Assembly: GCA_013265495.1 (NCBI GenBank)
Contig: MU058584.1
Span: 2,575,599 to 2,604,492, forward strand
Direction of reading: 5' to 3'
Length of the DNA stretch: 28,894 nt
From: Vicugna vicugna
Taxonomy: Eukaryota
Position 1 is the stretch's first letter. Each line of letters starts with the position of its first letter. A model generated the notes under the pieces. That model was not told where the DNA came from. It worked only from the letters and a program-made list of their open reading frames with translations, and made no database searches. This document shows, in pieces, positions 10,246 through 20,246 of the stretch. Position numbers and translations under genes: made by a program.

Positions 10246-11056
10246 CCAGGTAGAAGCCTAGCTTCTGGGCACAGGATTGTGTGGTGGTTGTATGCAAGAA
10301 TTAAATGAGGGACACAGACGATCAGAGGGTTAAAGGTTCAGAACAGGAAGACACTGTGGTTAGGGCGAGACAGAAAAATCAAGGCTTGCAAAGGGTGTGG
10401 AGTTAAATCTGGGGAATTTGGTTATAAGCCTATTAAGTCTTATCCCAGGACATTCCCTGCCTTCTTCAGCCCTGAGAGGAAGCCCCCTGAAATGCCATCC
10501 TTGACTCTTCTAAGCAGAAGAGTTGACTGTGGTGTGAACATTTTCAAGAACTGCACCGTAAACCAATCAGCAAGGCCTGTGGTTGACTCTCTCACTGGCT
10601 GCTCTCCCGTCCATCCTGTACGTGTCCATCCTTTTCACCTGCCATGACCCTTCCTCAGTGGCAGAGTTTTATTAGTTGGGATTCAACAATTTGAACTAAA
10701 GGGGCTATAGCATTTAAGATGCCAAATGTGTCCCAAGCTGCCAGTGTTTTACTTAAAAAAACTCAGCCAAAAGATGTGGGTGTGTGCGAGGGGAAAGGAC
10801 CCTGAATCTATGCAGATAGTCCTGTCCAGGCTCCGACACTGGTAAAACTCCCTACAACGAGACCCTTATTAAATAGCACAGAGCACATGACACTGTGCTA
10901 GAAGAACGCGACACTGTGGAAGGGTCTCACCCAACACAGGTGCAGTGACACAGGGCAGTCGGAGTGTCCAAACGTCATCACAGTCTAATCAGTGTTCTCC
11001 CCGCCTGATGGGTGGGAAGCATGCATGCCGCTGAGGTCAAAGGTGTGACCCCCGTG

Positions 11057-11255
11057 CAGTGAGAGAAGCAGGGCACTAAAAGTTAGCGTGTCTAGGTCCA
11101 AGTCCAGACCTTAGCACTTTCTAGTTCCGTGACTTTGAGACGTGCACTTCCGGTGTCTAATGTGGGTTTCCTGTACTGCACCTGCTCTGCTTCCTTCAAA
11201 ACTGTCGTGAGGATCAGATAAGGTAACAAATGTGCAAGCGTGTTGCATAAGTGGA
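11057..11255 (+). mobile_element. MIR SINE
   Basis: ctaggtccaagtccagaccttagcactttctagttccgtgactttgag...gtcgtgaggatcagataaggtaacaaatgtgcaagcg. Confidence 0.7.
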
Positions 11256-11375
11256 AGCAGTAGACGAATGGAAGTTCTTTTAAGGTAATTGATGTGTAAT
11301 TCTCCCCAAGTCAGTGCAAGTTGGGGCAAAGTTCATCATCATCATGAGAGTTAAAGTTTTTTTCTCTTTTAGGTT

Positions 11376-12000
11376 GTAACTTTTTTATTTGATATACTTT
11401 CAAATTACAGAAAAAGTTATAATAAAGTACAAAGAAAGCTGGTAATAATCAACTGGTAATAATTTGCTCCATTTGCTTTCTCTCTCTGTCTCTCTCTCTC
11501 ATTGCAGGCATCATGTCTCTTTATCCCTAAATGCCTTACTGTGTATTTCCCAAGAACATGGACATTCTCTTATATCATCCCAGTACAATTACCAAAATCA
11601 GTGCATACAATCAACCGCAGGTCGTGTAGTTCTGTAGTACGTATTTATTGAAAAAAAAATCCGTGGATAAGTGGACCCACAAAGTTCAAACCCGTGTTGT
11701 CCAAGGGTCAACTGTATATGTATTAAGCACAATATACACACAAAAAAAACATACATTTATACTGGTATGTCCATTCAAATCAATACCACCAGTTCATTGT
11801 AGCCCTCCCCCTTCTGTATTTGGAACTCCCTTCTTTGACAGTGAGTAACCTGCCTTCCCTTCACAAAATCCTTACTTATTTGCCCCATTCTGAAACACCC
11901 ACCCAGTAGTTTCAAAACTGCTAACCCACACCACTATAAAAATAAACCTGCTAAGCAGAGTTCAATATTTCTTTATGGTTCTTTTTGACTTTAGACCGAG
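11376..12000 (-). mobile_element. Old L1 (L1MC-like) 3' end, interrupted by a Tigger fragment
   Basis: aacttttttatttgatatactttcaaattacagaaaaagtt...ccctaaat...gtgtatttcccaagaacatggacattctctta...cagtacaattaccaaaatcag; later gtttcaaaactgctaaccca. Confidence 0.7.
11604..11714 (+). mobile_element. Tigger2/MER8-family (TcMar-Tigger) terminal fragment
   Basis: ttgaaaaaaaaatccgtggataagtggacccacaaagttcaaacccgtgttgtccaagggtcaactg followed by TA (11715-11716); only one terminus visible. Confidence 0.85.
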
Positions 12001-13579
12001 GTTATAGAGTGAAAATACCGTGGTCAAATGTGACTGGAATTTGTTTTATTTCCTCCTTCGGTGTGATTATGTGTTTCACATGACATATAAACAGTTCCAT
12101 TTGTTTCTCTTTGTATTCTATGTTATGTTTCTTCCCCATCTTTAGTGATTTCATTTTTTTTTTTGCACAGTGACCTGAGCAAAACATTTGCAAAACATCT
12201 TTTTTTGGCAAAACATCGACCTGATTTCAAATGTTCAAATTATACAAAAAGGTATTTTTAAAGTGTCACTTCCCCCAATTTCTTGCACCCCATTCCCACC
12301 ATTCCTTGCAAATAATGCATCTCACTAGTTTCCAGTTTATTCTTTCTGTGTTTCTTTTGGCAAAAATAAGCAGGTGTATGCATATTTCCTTATACTAATT
12401 AATATTAGGATTATGACTGGCTTACAGAAAAGCCACAGTCCGTATACATCATATAATCCATCAGGTCAGGTTGCATTTCCTACTGACACGGAGGAGCCTG
12501 CAGGGGTCAGCAGGGGACACGGAGAGCCGAGTGGCTATTACAAGTTCACTGCAGTCTGAACCCACATCCATCAACTGGCTGCTAATCCTTCTTGACAGAC
12601 ATCCCAGAAGAACCTTGATGTGTTAACTAGTTTCAGAGTTTAACGAGTGTGAAAGCCAAGGTTTGGGTTTTAGAGGGTGGAAGTAAAGTGGTTTATTTCT
12701 ACATTCGACTGACTGTGAGAAGTCACTAAGAAAGTGGTCAGACTTGGTTGCTTCAACGCTCTCCCTGCACCCCATCCCAAGAAAAAGAGCCTGCATTTTT
12801 AAAGTTCCCCAGAAGTCTGTACTTAGGAGATCCCAGAGTCTCAAGCTCCAAGCCCTTCTTAAGATGCATTTGATATACCACCCCGGGCAGGCGACAATAG
12901 CAGGTCTGTCTGCCCGCCTGTCAGTGGGGCCTCTCAGCCCCACAGGTGAAGAAAAATGACGGTGGCTCCACCTGAGTGCACCTGTGCTCACCTGAGCAGC
13001 GTCAAGAATGTGAACAATTCAAGTATTCTCCAGCCGAGAAACTCAGCTGCGAGGCTGAGCGACTCTGGGGGCCCTTCCCTCTTTGGGAACTTCTCCTTTG
13101 TCTCCATTTCTTTTCTTGGCAGAAGGGTGCAGTCCATGCGGGATGGCAGGTGGAGAGCCTCAGATGGCTGTCTTGACTCAGGCATGCAGAGCAGCAGCGA
13201 AGAAGGCAGCTTCAGCTGGTCTGTGTGGCCAGGAGCGATAGAGCCCACCTGGGCATAAGGGAACCCCCACAATTTCCCAATTCTGCCAAGTGTACAGAGG
13301 AGCAAAGCTTTCTCCTCCAACCCCAACTCTCCTTGTTTTCTCATTAAGTCCATCTTACCCTCCGATTTCAGTACACTCAGCTGAGAAGTGTAAAGAGATA
13401 TATACCCTTAGGGCACAAAAAGATAAATTCTGCCCCTTCCTGATCCCACCTTAAACTCTTTTCAGGTTGACAGCTGCTCCCCTCTAGCCCCATGAGGCAG
13501 AGAATTGGGAATAATGTGTTGATGGATGGTAACATATATGCTAGTACAATAATATTCCACTACTGTGGCTCTTTCATGA

Positions 13580-13715
13580 CATCTTGGGTTTGGAAGGACC
13601 TTGAGGTCCCCCAGGCCAGTCTCCCACCTCCCCAGCAGTCCCTCTGCAACACCTTTGACAGGTGGCCATTCAGTCCCTGTCTGAACACTTCCAGTGATAA
13701 GAAACTCCATACCGC
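13580..13715 (-). mobile_element. CR1/L3 LINE 3' fragment
   Basis: tggaaggaccttgaggtc...gacaggtggccattcagtccctgtctgaacacttccagtgataagaaactc matches the reverse of the CR1/L3 3' end. Confidence 0.7.
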
Positions 13716-13720
13716 TGAAT

Positions 13721-14025
13721 AGCAGACTCCTACTCATCCTTCAAGACCCTGATCGAATGTCCTCGGCCTGGTAAAGCTTCTCCCAACTCCCCCAGGCAGA
13801 TCAGTTACTTCCTAATTTGTGATCCTTCAGCACTTTTCCTTCAGTCCATTGGGGCATATTGCATTGGAATTCATCTGTTTTTATCCATATTGGTCTCTCC
13901 TACTGGTCTCTGAGCTTTTCAAGGGAGTGAGCTCTAGGTATGATTCACTATTGTAGCCTCAATTCTTAGTACAACACCTGACACTTAGATGATGTTCCAG
14001 TAATGATTGTTGACTATGTAGATGA
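13721..14025 (+). mobile_element. L2 (L2c-like) 3' end
   Basis: actcctactcatccttcaagacc...ctctcctactggtctctgagcttttcaaggg...cttagtacaacacctgacacttag. Confidence 0.8.
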
Positions 14026-14067
14026 GTGCATTCTCTAAGATAGCTCATGCCATATTTAAACACCTAT

Positions 14068-14198
14068 TTTTTTTTCTTTTTGGGGTGGGAGGTTTATTAG
14101 GTTTATTTATTTATTTATTTAATGGAGGTACTGGGGATTGAACCCAGGACCCTGTGCATGCTACGCAGGCACTCTACCACTGAGCTATACCCTCCCCC
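14068..14198 (-). mobile_element. tRNA-derived SINE of the camelid vic-1 type, with 11-bp TSD
   Basis: On the minus strand: A box TAGCTCAGTGG (14187-14177), B box GGTTCAATCC (14144-14135), (TAAA)n and poly-A tail; TSD taaacacctat at 14057-14067 and 14199-14209. Confidence 0.92.
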
Positions 14199-14574
14199 TA
14201 AACACCTATAATCATTTAGAAATCCATCTTCATGTTGAGTCTATGTCTTCTTTCCTGCACTTTCCATACAGTGGTCCCCAGGCAAAGGAACAACAAGAAA
14301 CCAGAGCTTATCAAATTTCCACTATTTGCTAGACATTCTACTAGACAACGTTACATAAAATCCATTAATTTTTTTCATTTACCATTCTTCCTGGCACAAA
14401 GTACATACTCAATAAACAGTTATCAGAGAAATACAATAAGAAAACGTAGCGTCTATGTGGGGAAACCACTATCACTGTCTTTCTACTTGCAAAGCTGGTT
14501 ATATTCTGTTTTGAACATACATTAAAGTGCATGTGTGATGTTACTGAGGGGGCCCAGTAGACTACGGAACATCT

Positions 14575-14790
14575 GTTTGGTATGATGATCTCATTTATAC
14601 AGAGTTACAGACATACACATAGTTACATGTTATACAAAGAGAAATAAATGCCTAGAAGGGTGTTCCACCCAAAATTATTGGTGGATGAGTTCAGTCTGGT
14701 GAGTTTTTATGTGACTTTTCACACTTTATTTCCCTATTTTGTTTGACATATTTTCAGTAAGTATGATCATCAGAAACCATAAATCAACTT
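14575..14790 (+). mobile_element. Ancient L1 (L1ME-like) 3' fragment
   Basis: gtatgatgatctcattt...cctagaagggtgttccacccaaaattatt...ttatgtgacttttcacacttt; heavily diverged. Confidence 0.45.
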
Positions 14791-15034
14791 CTGTTTTGAG
14801 AAGAAAAATTACACAGATGCTCATTATAAGGGAATGAAGTAGATGATACTAAGAAAAGGCACGCATGGGAGACAATCAAAAGAAAATAGTCAGCGTATGT
14901 TCTGAAATAAGAGCAAGTTTAAAACGTGACCTAAGGTACAAGGATGTCAGTCTGAAGATACTCAATAGAGCACTTACGAAAGTGAACAATTTGAGAGAAC
15001 CATCAGGAAATTGGTACAAGCTCCAAGAACTGTG

Positions 15035-15129
15035 CAGGTTTGTGAAAAGGACCCCGGGGGCCAGCTGGAAGCGACTCCCAAAGGCCAAGCCCTGGAAAAT
15101 GTGAACATTAAAATTAATAATAATAGTAA

Positions 15130-15169
<40 letters not shown>

Positions 15170-15260
15170 GTAAATTAATAAAAATAATAATAAAATTAAT
15201 AATAATAATTCAATGGCTATAAGCCATTGAATGAGATAGGAACCAGAGAAGCTCCTGGAG
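15035..15260 (+). mobile_element. L1MC/L1MD-like 3' UTR fragment containing an (AAT)n expansion
   Basis: gtttgtgaaaaggacccc...gccagctggaagcgactcccaaaggccaagccctggaaaatgtgaacattaaaat resembles recalled gtatgtcaaagggacacaggagccaactgaaagagctcccaatggccaaagctggaacaatttgagcaacaaaat. Confidence 0.65.
15109..15209 (+). repeat. Interrupted (AAT)n microsatellite
   Basis: About 100 bp of A/T with only two G; the sub-unit aataataatagtaaatt occurs twice. Confidence 0.95.
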
Positions 15261-15299
15261 GCACCTTCGCCCTCAGCTCTCACTAGAAGAGTCAGCACG

Positions 15300-16240
15300 T
15301 GCTCGGTGCTCAGCCCTCATGTTACTTGGTTCATCATCTGCCTGAAACACAGTTGATCCCTCCCTCCTCCTTCAAATATTTAAAAAAAAATGTTCTGGCC
15401 TTCCAGAACACAACACTCTCCTGGCTTTCCTTCTGCTTCACCGCTTCCTCCTTCTCAATCTCCTTTACTCCTTCTTCCTCCACTCCTCCAGGATTCAACC
15501 CTTGGTCCTCTTCTCTCCTGACTTGCTCTCCTCCGGTGATTTCATGTAGGTTCAGCACTTTAAATACCATCTATCTGTTGATAACTCCCAAATGTAGCCC
15601 CATCACCCCGGTCTCACGCTCACTCCTGGACTACAGATCATGCGTCCAGCATCTTCAGTTGGATGCCCAATAGACATTGCAGATCCAGTATGTCTGAAAC
15701 TGACCACCTGATCTTTTCCCCAAAACCTGTTTCACCTCCAACTTTCCCCTGTTTCAGCTGATGTCTTCTCCAGGCTTCCGTTTGCTTGAGCCAAAACCCT
15801 GGAGTCTTCCATGACTCCTCTTTTTCTCTCACGCCTCCCCGTTCAATCTGTCAGATAGCCCTACTGGTTTTACTTTCAAACATGTACAGAAATCAGTCAC
15901 ACTGTCCCCTTTCTTCACTGCCACCGCTGGTTGTCCTCTCTGCCTGAAGTGCTCAGGCAACCACAGGTCCAAATCTCTCACCTCTTCCAAGCCTTCCCTC
16001 AGATGCCATCTTCTCAATGAGGTCTTTTGTTAAAAGTGTAACCCAAATGCTGCTCTGTTTTCTTTTGATGGCCCATGTCACCTGTCTAGGTACTACATGA
16101 TTTGCTTTTCATTATGCTTGTTGTCTGTTGGCTAGCACAACACAGTGCAAACTCCATAAGAAGTGTGATTTTAATCTGTTCAGTTCCATGATCTATCACA
16201 TGTAACCGGTAATAGACATTCAATAACATTTGCTAAATGG
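15300..16240 (+). mobile_element. L2 (L2a-like) RT region through the 3' end
   Basis: acacagttgatccctccctcctccttcaaa, acactctcctggctttcc, a degenerate RT motif tac cat cta tct gtt gat aac tcc caa (YHLSVDNSQ versus YHLYADDSQ) at 15565-15591, and tail tcaataacatttgctaaatg. Confidence 0.9.
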
Positions 16241-16279
16241 AAAATCGACACTAAAAATTCTCCACAACCTATTGTCATG

Positions 16280-16520
16280 GGAAAAAGCCAGTTACAAAAC
16301 CATAAAAGCGAAACGATATTATTTGGGGGGGGGAAACGGTGTGTACATATAATGAAATATACGTCACAGGATGGAAGGACATAGAGAGAAATGTTTAAAA
16401 TGGCTTTCTCTATAAGATGGGATCCTAAAGAACTTCCGTTTTCTTCTTTTGTTCTTTTCAATTTGCCTTTATAAAAATATCAGTATTATGAGTGTATTAT
16501 TTTTGTAGTCAGAGAAAGAA
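16280..16520 (+). mobile_element. Ancient L1 (L1ME-like) 3' fragment
   Basis: aaaagccagttacaaaac...tggaaggacata...aaatgtttaaaatggctttctct...tattatttttgtagtcagagaaa. Confidence 0.45.
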
Positions 16521-16604
16521 GCTTTAAAATTTTTCCTTTTATGGAAAGATATAAAAAATAAAATGTCACCCAGAAGCCTACAGCGATTGGAAAGAAATCT
16601 GGTG

Positions 16605-16641
16605 AACTGACACATTGTAACTGACTGTACTTCAATTAAAA
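16605..16641 (+). mobile_element. Ultra-short L1 3' tail insertion with degenerate 14-bp TSD
   Basis: aactgacacattgtaactgactgtacttcaatt plus poly-A; flanked by aaagaaatctggtg (16591-16604) and aaaaaaatctgctg (16642-16655); nearly identical to the reverse complement of 24476-24510. Confidence 0.8.
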
Positions 16642-16719
16642 AAAAAAATCTGCTGTATGTGTACAACAAACTCCTAATGAGAAGGAGGTTAGTGAAGATG
16701 CTGCAACATCATGGCTATG

Positions 16720-17030
16720 AATTTGAGGTTTGAGTCCACGTAGACCTAGGCATCATTCTGATCTTAAGTGGTTCCCTCATCCATAAAATGTATAATTCAA
16801 AAGGTTAAGTGAGAAACTCATGAAAAGCATTGAGCCCAGCACCTAAATTAGTACAATAAACACTGGCTATGATCACTCATCTCATTTAATCCTCCCAATA
16901 ATCTAATTAGGAAGCATCATTATTCCGTCTCCTAGATGCGCAAAACAAGTCTAAGAGGAGTTAAGTACTTTCCCCCAATCCAAGATTTTCACCTGAGTTT
17001 TCCCGATAGGAGAGCCCAGGCACCTGGATC
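16720..17030. mobile_element. Two adjacent MIR fragments in opposite orientation
   Basis: ccctcatccataaaatg...gaaaagcattgagcccagcacct (+), then atctcatttaatcctcccaataatc...ctagatgcgcaaaacaagtctaagaggagttaagtacttt (-). Confidence 0.6.
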
Positions 17031-18299
17031 TGCACCAAATTTCAGCTGAGATCTGCACAAACACGGCAAACATCACTGTCTGTTTATCTTCATTGATCAA
17101 GATAACTCTTACTCTAATGGAAGCGTTAACTAAAATTAGAGCGCTTCTTCCCTGCTTGTGTTTTTAAGACTGATGGAGGGGATGTCTAAAACCGCGGGGA
17201 GATGGAGCTGCAAGAGTGTTTAGAGACCTTAAAAATGAGGGCATCATGACCCAGGAATGCTCACGGACCTGAATGTTACTAATGTTTTGTGGCTGGAACT
17301 GGACCTGCCAGCCCATGCAGCTCCATGCCCACCCCACCCACCTAAGTCAAGGCCTGATCCCACACCTCCCTGTGCGCTGGCCCGTGCAGTCCTGTGCGAT
17401 CACCGCCTCCAGGCTCCCCTCTCCCCAAGGCAAAGAGCACCAGGCGCTTCTCCTCCAGGGCGCTTCTCCAAACCTTCATCATCGTCACAGGCTTCCCTCT
17501 CTCTCTCTCTATCTCTCTCTCTATATATTTATTTTTTAATCTTTAGTTTCTGAAGTCCAATTCATGAGCAGTTTCATATAAGGAGCAATTCTTGAATCAG
17601 GAAAGAAATAAAAAGCCCTGCTCGTGGGCAGCTGTGCTGAGCGAAGAGGGAAATGAAGGCTTGCTGCCTTCCCCCACCCGCAGGTCGTCTCTACTGGTAA
17701 GGATCAGTGGGCACGCGGGCTGCCAGCCAGGGGGAGGGGGAGAAGAAATGAAATCTTAGTTTCCAAAGAGCATGGGGAATAAAACTGCTGGGGGAAAAAA
17801 AAATGTGATCTTCCCAAAGACAAGACAGGCAGAGAAGAGTCAATAAAACTACCAGGTAACTATGAAAACATTTTGACTACCCTGCTTTCTATGCGGTCTC
17901 CTCCCAACATGCATTCATGTTGCCCCCGCCACTTCCCTCCCCCCGCCCCCAACCAGCAGTGCTCTGTCATCATCGTGACAACACATTTCAACTCATAGTA
18001 TTTGAGAGCTGCTCTCAGTGCTCTGAGTTTAGTTGGGTGTCCATTCTCATCTGAAGGACACTTCCATACAGTTTCCCACTGTGGTCCAGTTTTCCTTATG
18101 TCACCTCCAGTGGAAAGCCACTTGATGATAAAGATGAGTTAGGTTGCATTAAACCAGCAAGAAATAGATACGATGTTTCAATGGTTAGTAGGATGAGCCT
18201 TCCTATATATGTAGGAAGAAATCCCAAGATTCAAGCTATGTTTCCTCACATCCTAAAATGCTGTGATCTCAAGCTTCTGCCATAAAGTAAGATGACACT

Positions 18300-18410
18300 C
18301 CTTCAGGTCTCACCTGCCTCTATCGTAAAATAAGGATGGCACAGCCACCTGGCGCCAGGTGGCTGTGTCAAATAGATGGTTTTGTGAATCCCTTTCAGTT
18401 CCACAGTTCA
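18300..18410 (+). mobile_element. MIR/MIR3-like remnant hosting a 28-bp palindrome
   Basis: ggtctcacctgcctctatcgtaaaataagg resembles the MIR core; tagatggttttgtgaatccctttcagttc resembles the MIR3 tail. Confidence 0.5.
18340..18367. repeat. Perfect 28-bp palindrome CACAGCCACCTGGCGCCAGGTGGCTGTG
   Basis: Left arm cacagccacctggc (18340-18353) is the exact reverse complement of the right arm gccaggtggctgtg (18354-18367). Confidence 0.98.
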
Positions 18411-18439
18411 TTTATCTTTTCTGTATCTAACTTGTATTC

Positions 18440-19000
18440 ACTTTTAATAGCCTCATCGAAATATTATTGGCACACAATAAATTGTACATATTCAAAGAAA
18501 ACACAGACAAAGAAAGACCAATACTGTATGATATCACTTATATGTGGAATCTAGTGAATAAAACACTACTGAATAAGACAAGAAGTAGACTCGTAGGTGT
18601 GGAGAAGAGTTACCAGTGGGGAGAGGGAAGGGAGGAGGGGCAAGATAGGGTAGGGGATTAACAGGTACAAACTGTTAGCTATTAGGTGTAAAATAAGCTA
18701 CAAGGATTTATTGTACAACACGGGGAATGTAACCAATATTTTATGATAATTATAGATGGAGTATAACCTTTAAAATTGTGAATCATTATATTATACACCT
18801 GTAAATTATATTGTACAGCAACGATACTTGAATTAAAAACTTAAATAAAATAAATTCTTTAAAAAAATAAAGAAAACAATGTGATAAGTTTGATGTGTGT
18901 GTACAGCCATGAAACCAGCACCATCATAAGACAATGAACATATTCCACACCCCACCCATTTCCTCTTCACACTCGGTAATCTCTTCCTTCTCTCACTTTA
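18440..19000 (-). mobile_element. Old L1 (L1MC-like) 3' end, split by a younger L1
   Basis: aataaattgtacatattcaaag...[insert]...acaatgtgataagtttga...catgaaaccagcaccatcataagacaatgaacatattcc is contiguous reverse-strand L1MC-type sequence once the insert is removed. Confidence 0.7.
18504..18868 (+). mobile_element. Younger L1 3' UTR insertion with 10-bp TSD
   Basis: agacaaagaaagaccaatactgtatgatatcacttatatgtggaatcta...ttaccagtggggagaggg...tacttgaattaaaaa; TSD aaagaaaaca at 18494-18503 and 18869-18878. Confidence 0.92.
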
Positions 19001-19887
19001 CATTATTTTCCACTTCCTGGAACTTTACATCACAGAATCACATAGTGGGTACTCGTCACTGTCTGGACATAGTTTATTTATATAGTCAAAAATACTTCCC
19101 AGATTCCACTAGCTGCAGACAAAGCCTTGTCTTCCAGGCGGATGGTGAGTGTGAGAAAGAAACAGTGAGTCAGGAAAGAGTGAGCGAATGCTAGTCTTGA
19201 CAGGGTGGTCACTCTGGAGCTGTGTGGATACTGGGGGAGAGGCGTTCCAGGACGCAGGAAGGACAGAACGTTCTCTGAGTTTCTGAACTCCATTCTGCAC
19301 ACGTTTCCAAAGGGGCAAAAGGTCCTCCCAAAGCCTGCTCTCTTTAGAAACTGTAGAAGCGTGAAGGCCTGGCCAGCTCTGTCTTGGAAAGACTGCATAT
19401 TGTGAGTTAGGAAAATGGGTCCCCTCCTTTTCTTCCTCGCTTCTTCCAGGACCGGCTGGAACGCAGCCACCTGTCTGAGGGCAGGGATTTTCCAAGCTCC
19501 CAGCTGCAAATGGGCCCCCTTTGTTCCTGCCGATCTCATGCAGAGAGCCCTGGGAACAGTCCTATCAGCTCCTCAGCAGAGGATGACACTTCTTCCAAAG
19601 CAAGTCGGGAAAGCCAGCTTCCCACCGGCCCCTCCCCATTTGGTTCAGGGGCTACGTTCTGTCCCTCGCAGGCCGCCCTGAAGCTCACTTCCCTGAGGGG
19701 CACTTACAAGGCAGAGCCCCTGGTGTGATCGGGAGGAAATAAACAACCAAGCAAAAAGCCCTATCTATGAGGTTGCCAAAATGCTCACCACGTAGCATCC
19801 TTTGGAATTAAAACAGCAAAGTTCCATTGTTAAAATTGCAAATCTGGCGCAGTGTTGATGACCCATTAGAGTGTTATCTACTTTCAG

Positions 19888-20246
19888 TGCCTGTTTGACT
19901 CCTGACCTCCCCACCAAATGTACATTTGTGTCCTAATCTCAGAGTCTGTGAACAGAACTGGCGCCCTTATAAGAGAGAGGAGGGGAGAAAACACACACAG
20001 ACAGAGGAAGAGGCCACATGAAGACGGCGGCGGAGGGGAAGTGACATGGCCACCAACCAAGGAATGCTCGGGGCCACCAGCAGCTCCAAGAAGCGAAGAA
20101 AGAGCCTCCCCTGGAAGCTTCCAAATGTCAGCCCTGCCGGCACCTTGATTTTGGACTTCTGCCCTCCGGAATTGTGAGAGAATAGTTTTTTGTTTCAAGC
20201 TGCCCAGTTTGTGGTGATTTGTTTCAGCAATCGCAGGAAACTAACA
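19888..20246 (+). mobile_element. MLT1 (MaLR; MLT1B/C-like) solo LTR
   Basis: cccttataagagagagg...gccacatgaagac...ccaaggaatgc...gccctgccggcaccttgattttggacttctgccctccggaattgtgagagaata...cagtttgtggtgatttgtt...ggaaactaaca. Confidence 0.9.

Noticed and set aside
11439..11463. Short tandem duplication of ctggtaataat
   Set aside because: Ordinary slippage inside an old L1; no sign of function.
14125..14198. tRNA-like sequence with A and B boxes
   Set aside because: It is the head of a SINE with tail and TSD, not a tRNA gene.
14865..15104. 79-aa basic ORF with a protein-like look (MGDNQKKIV...)
   Set aside because: Its 3' end runs into an L1 3' UTR fragment, it is surrounded by L1 remnants, and I recognise no homolog; it may be a decayed L1/HAL1 piece.
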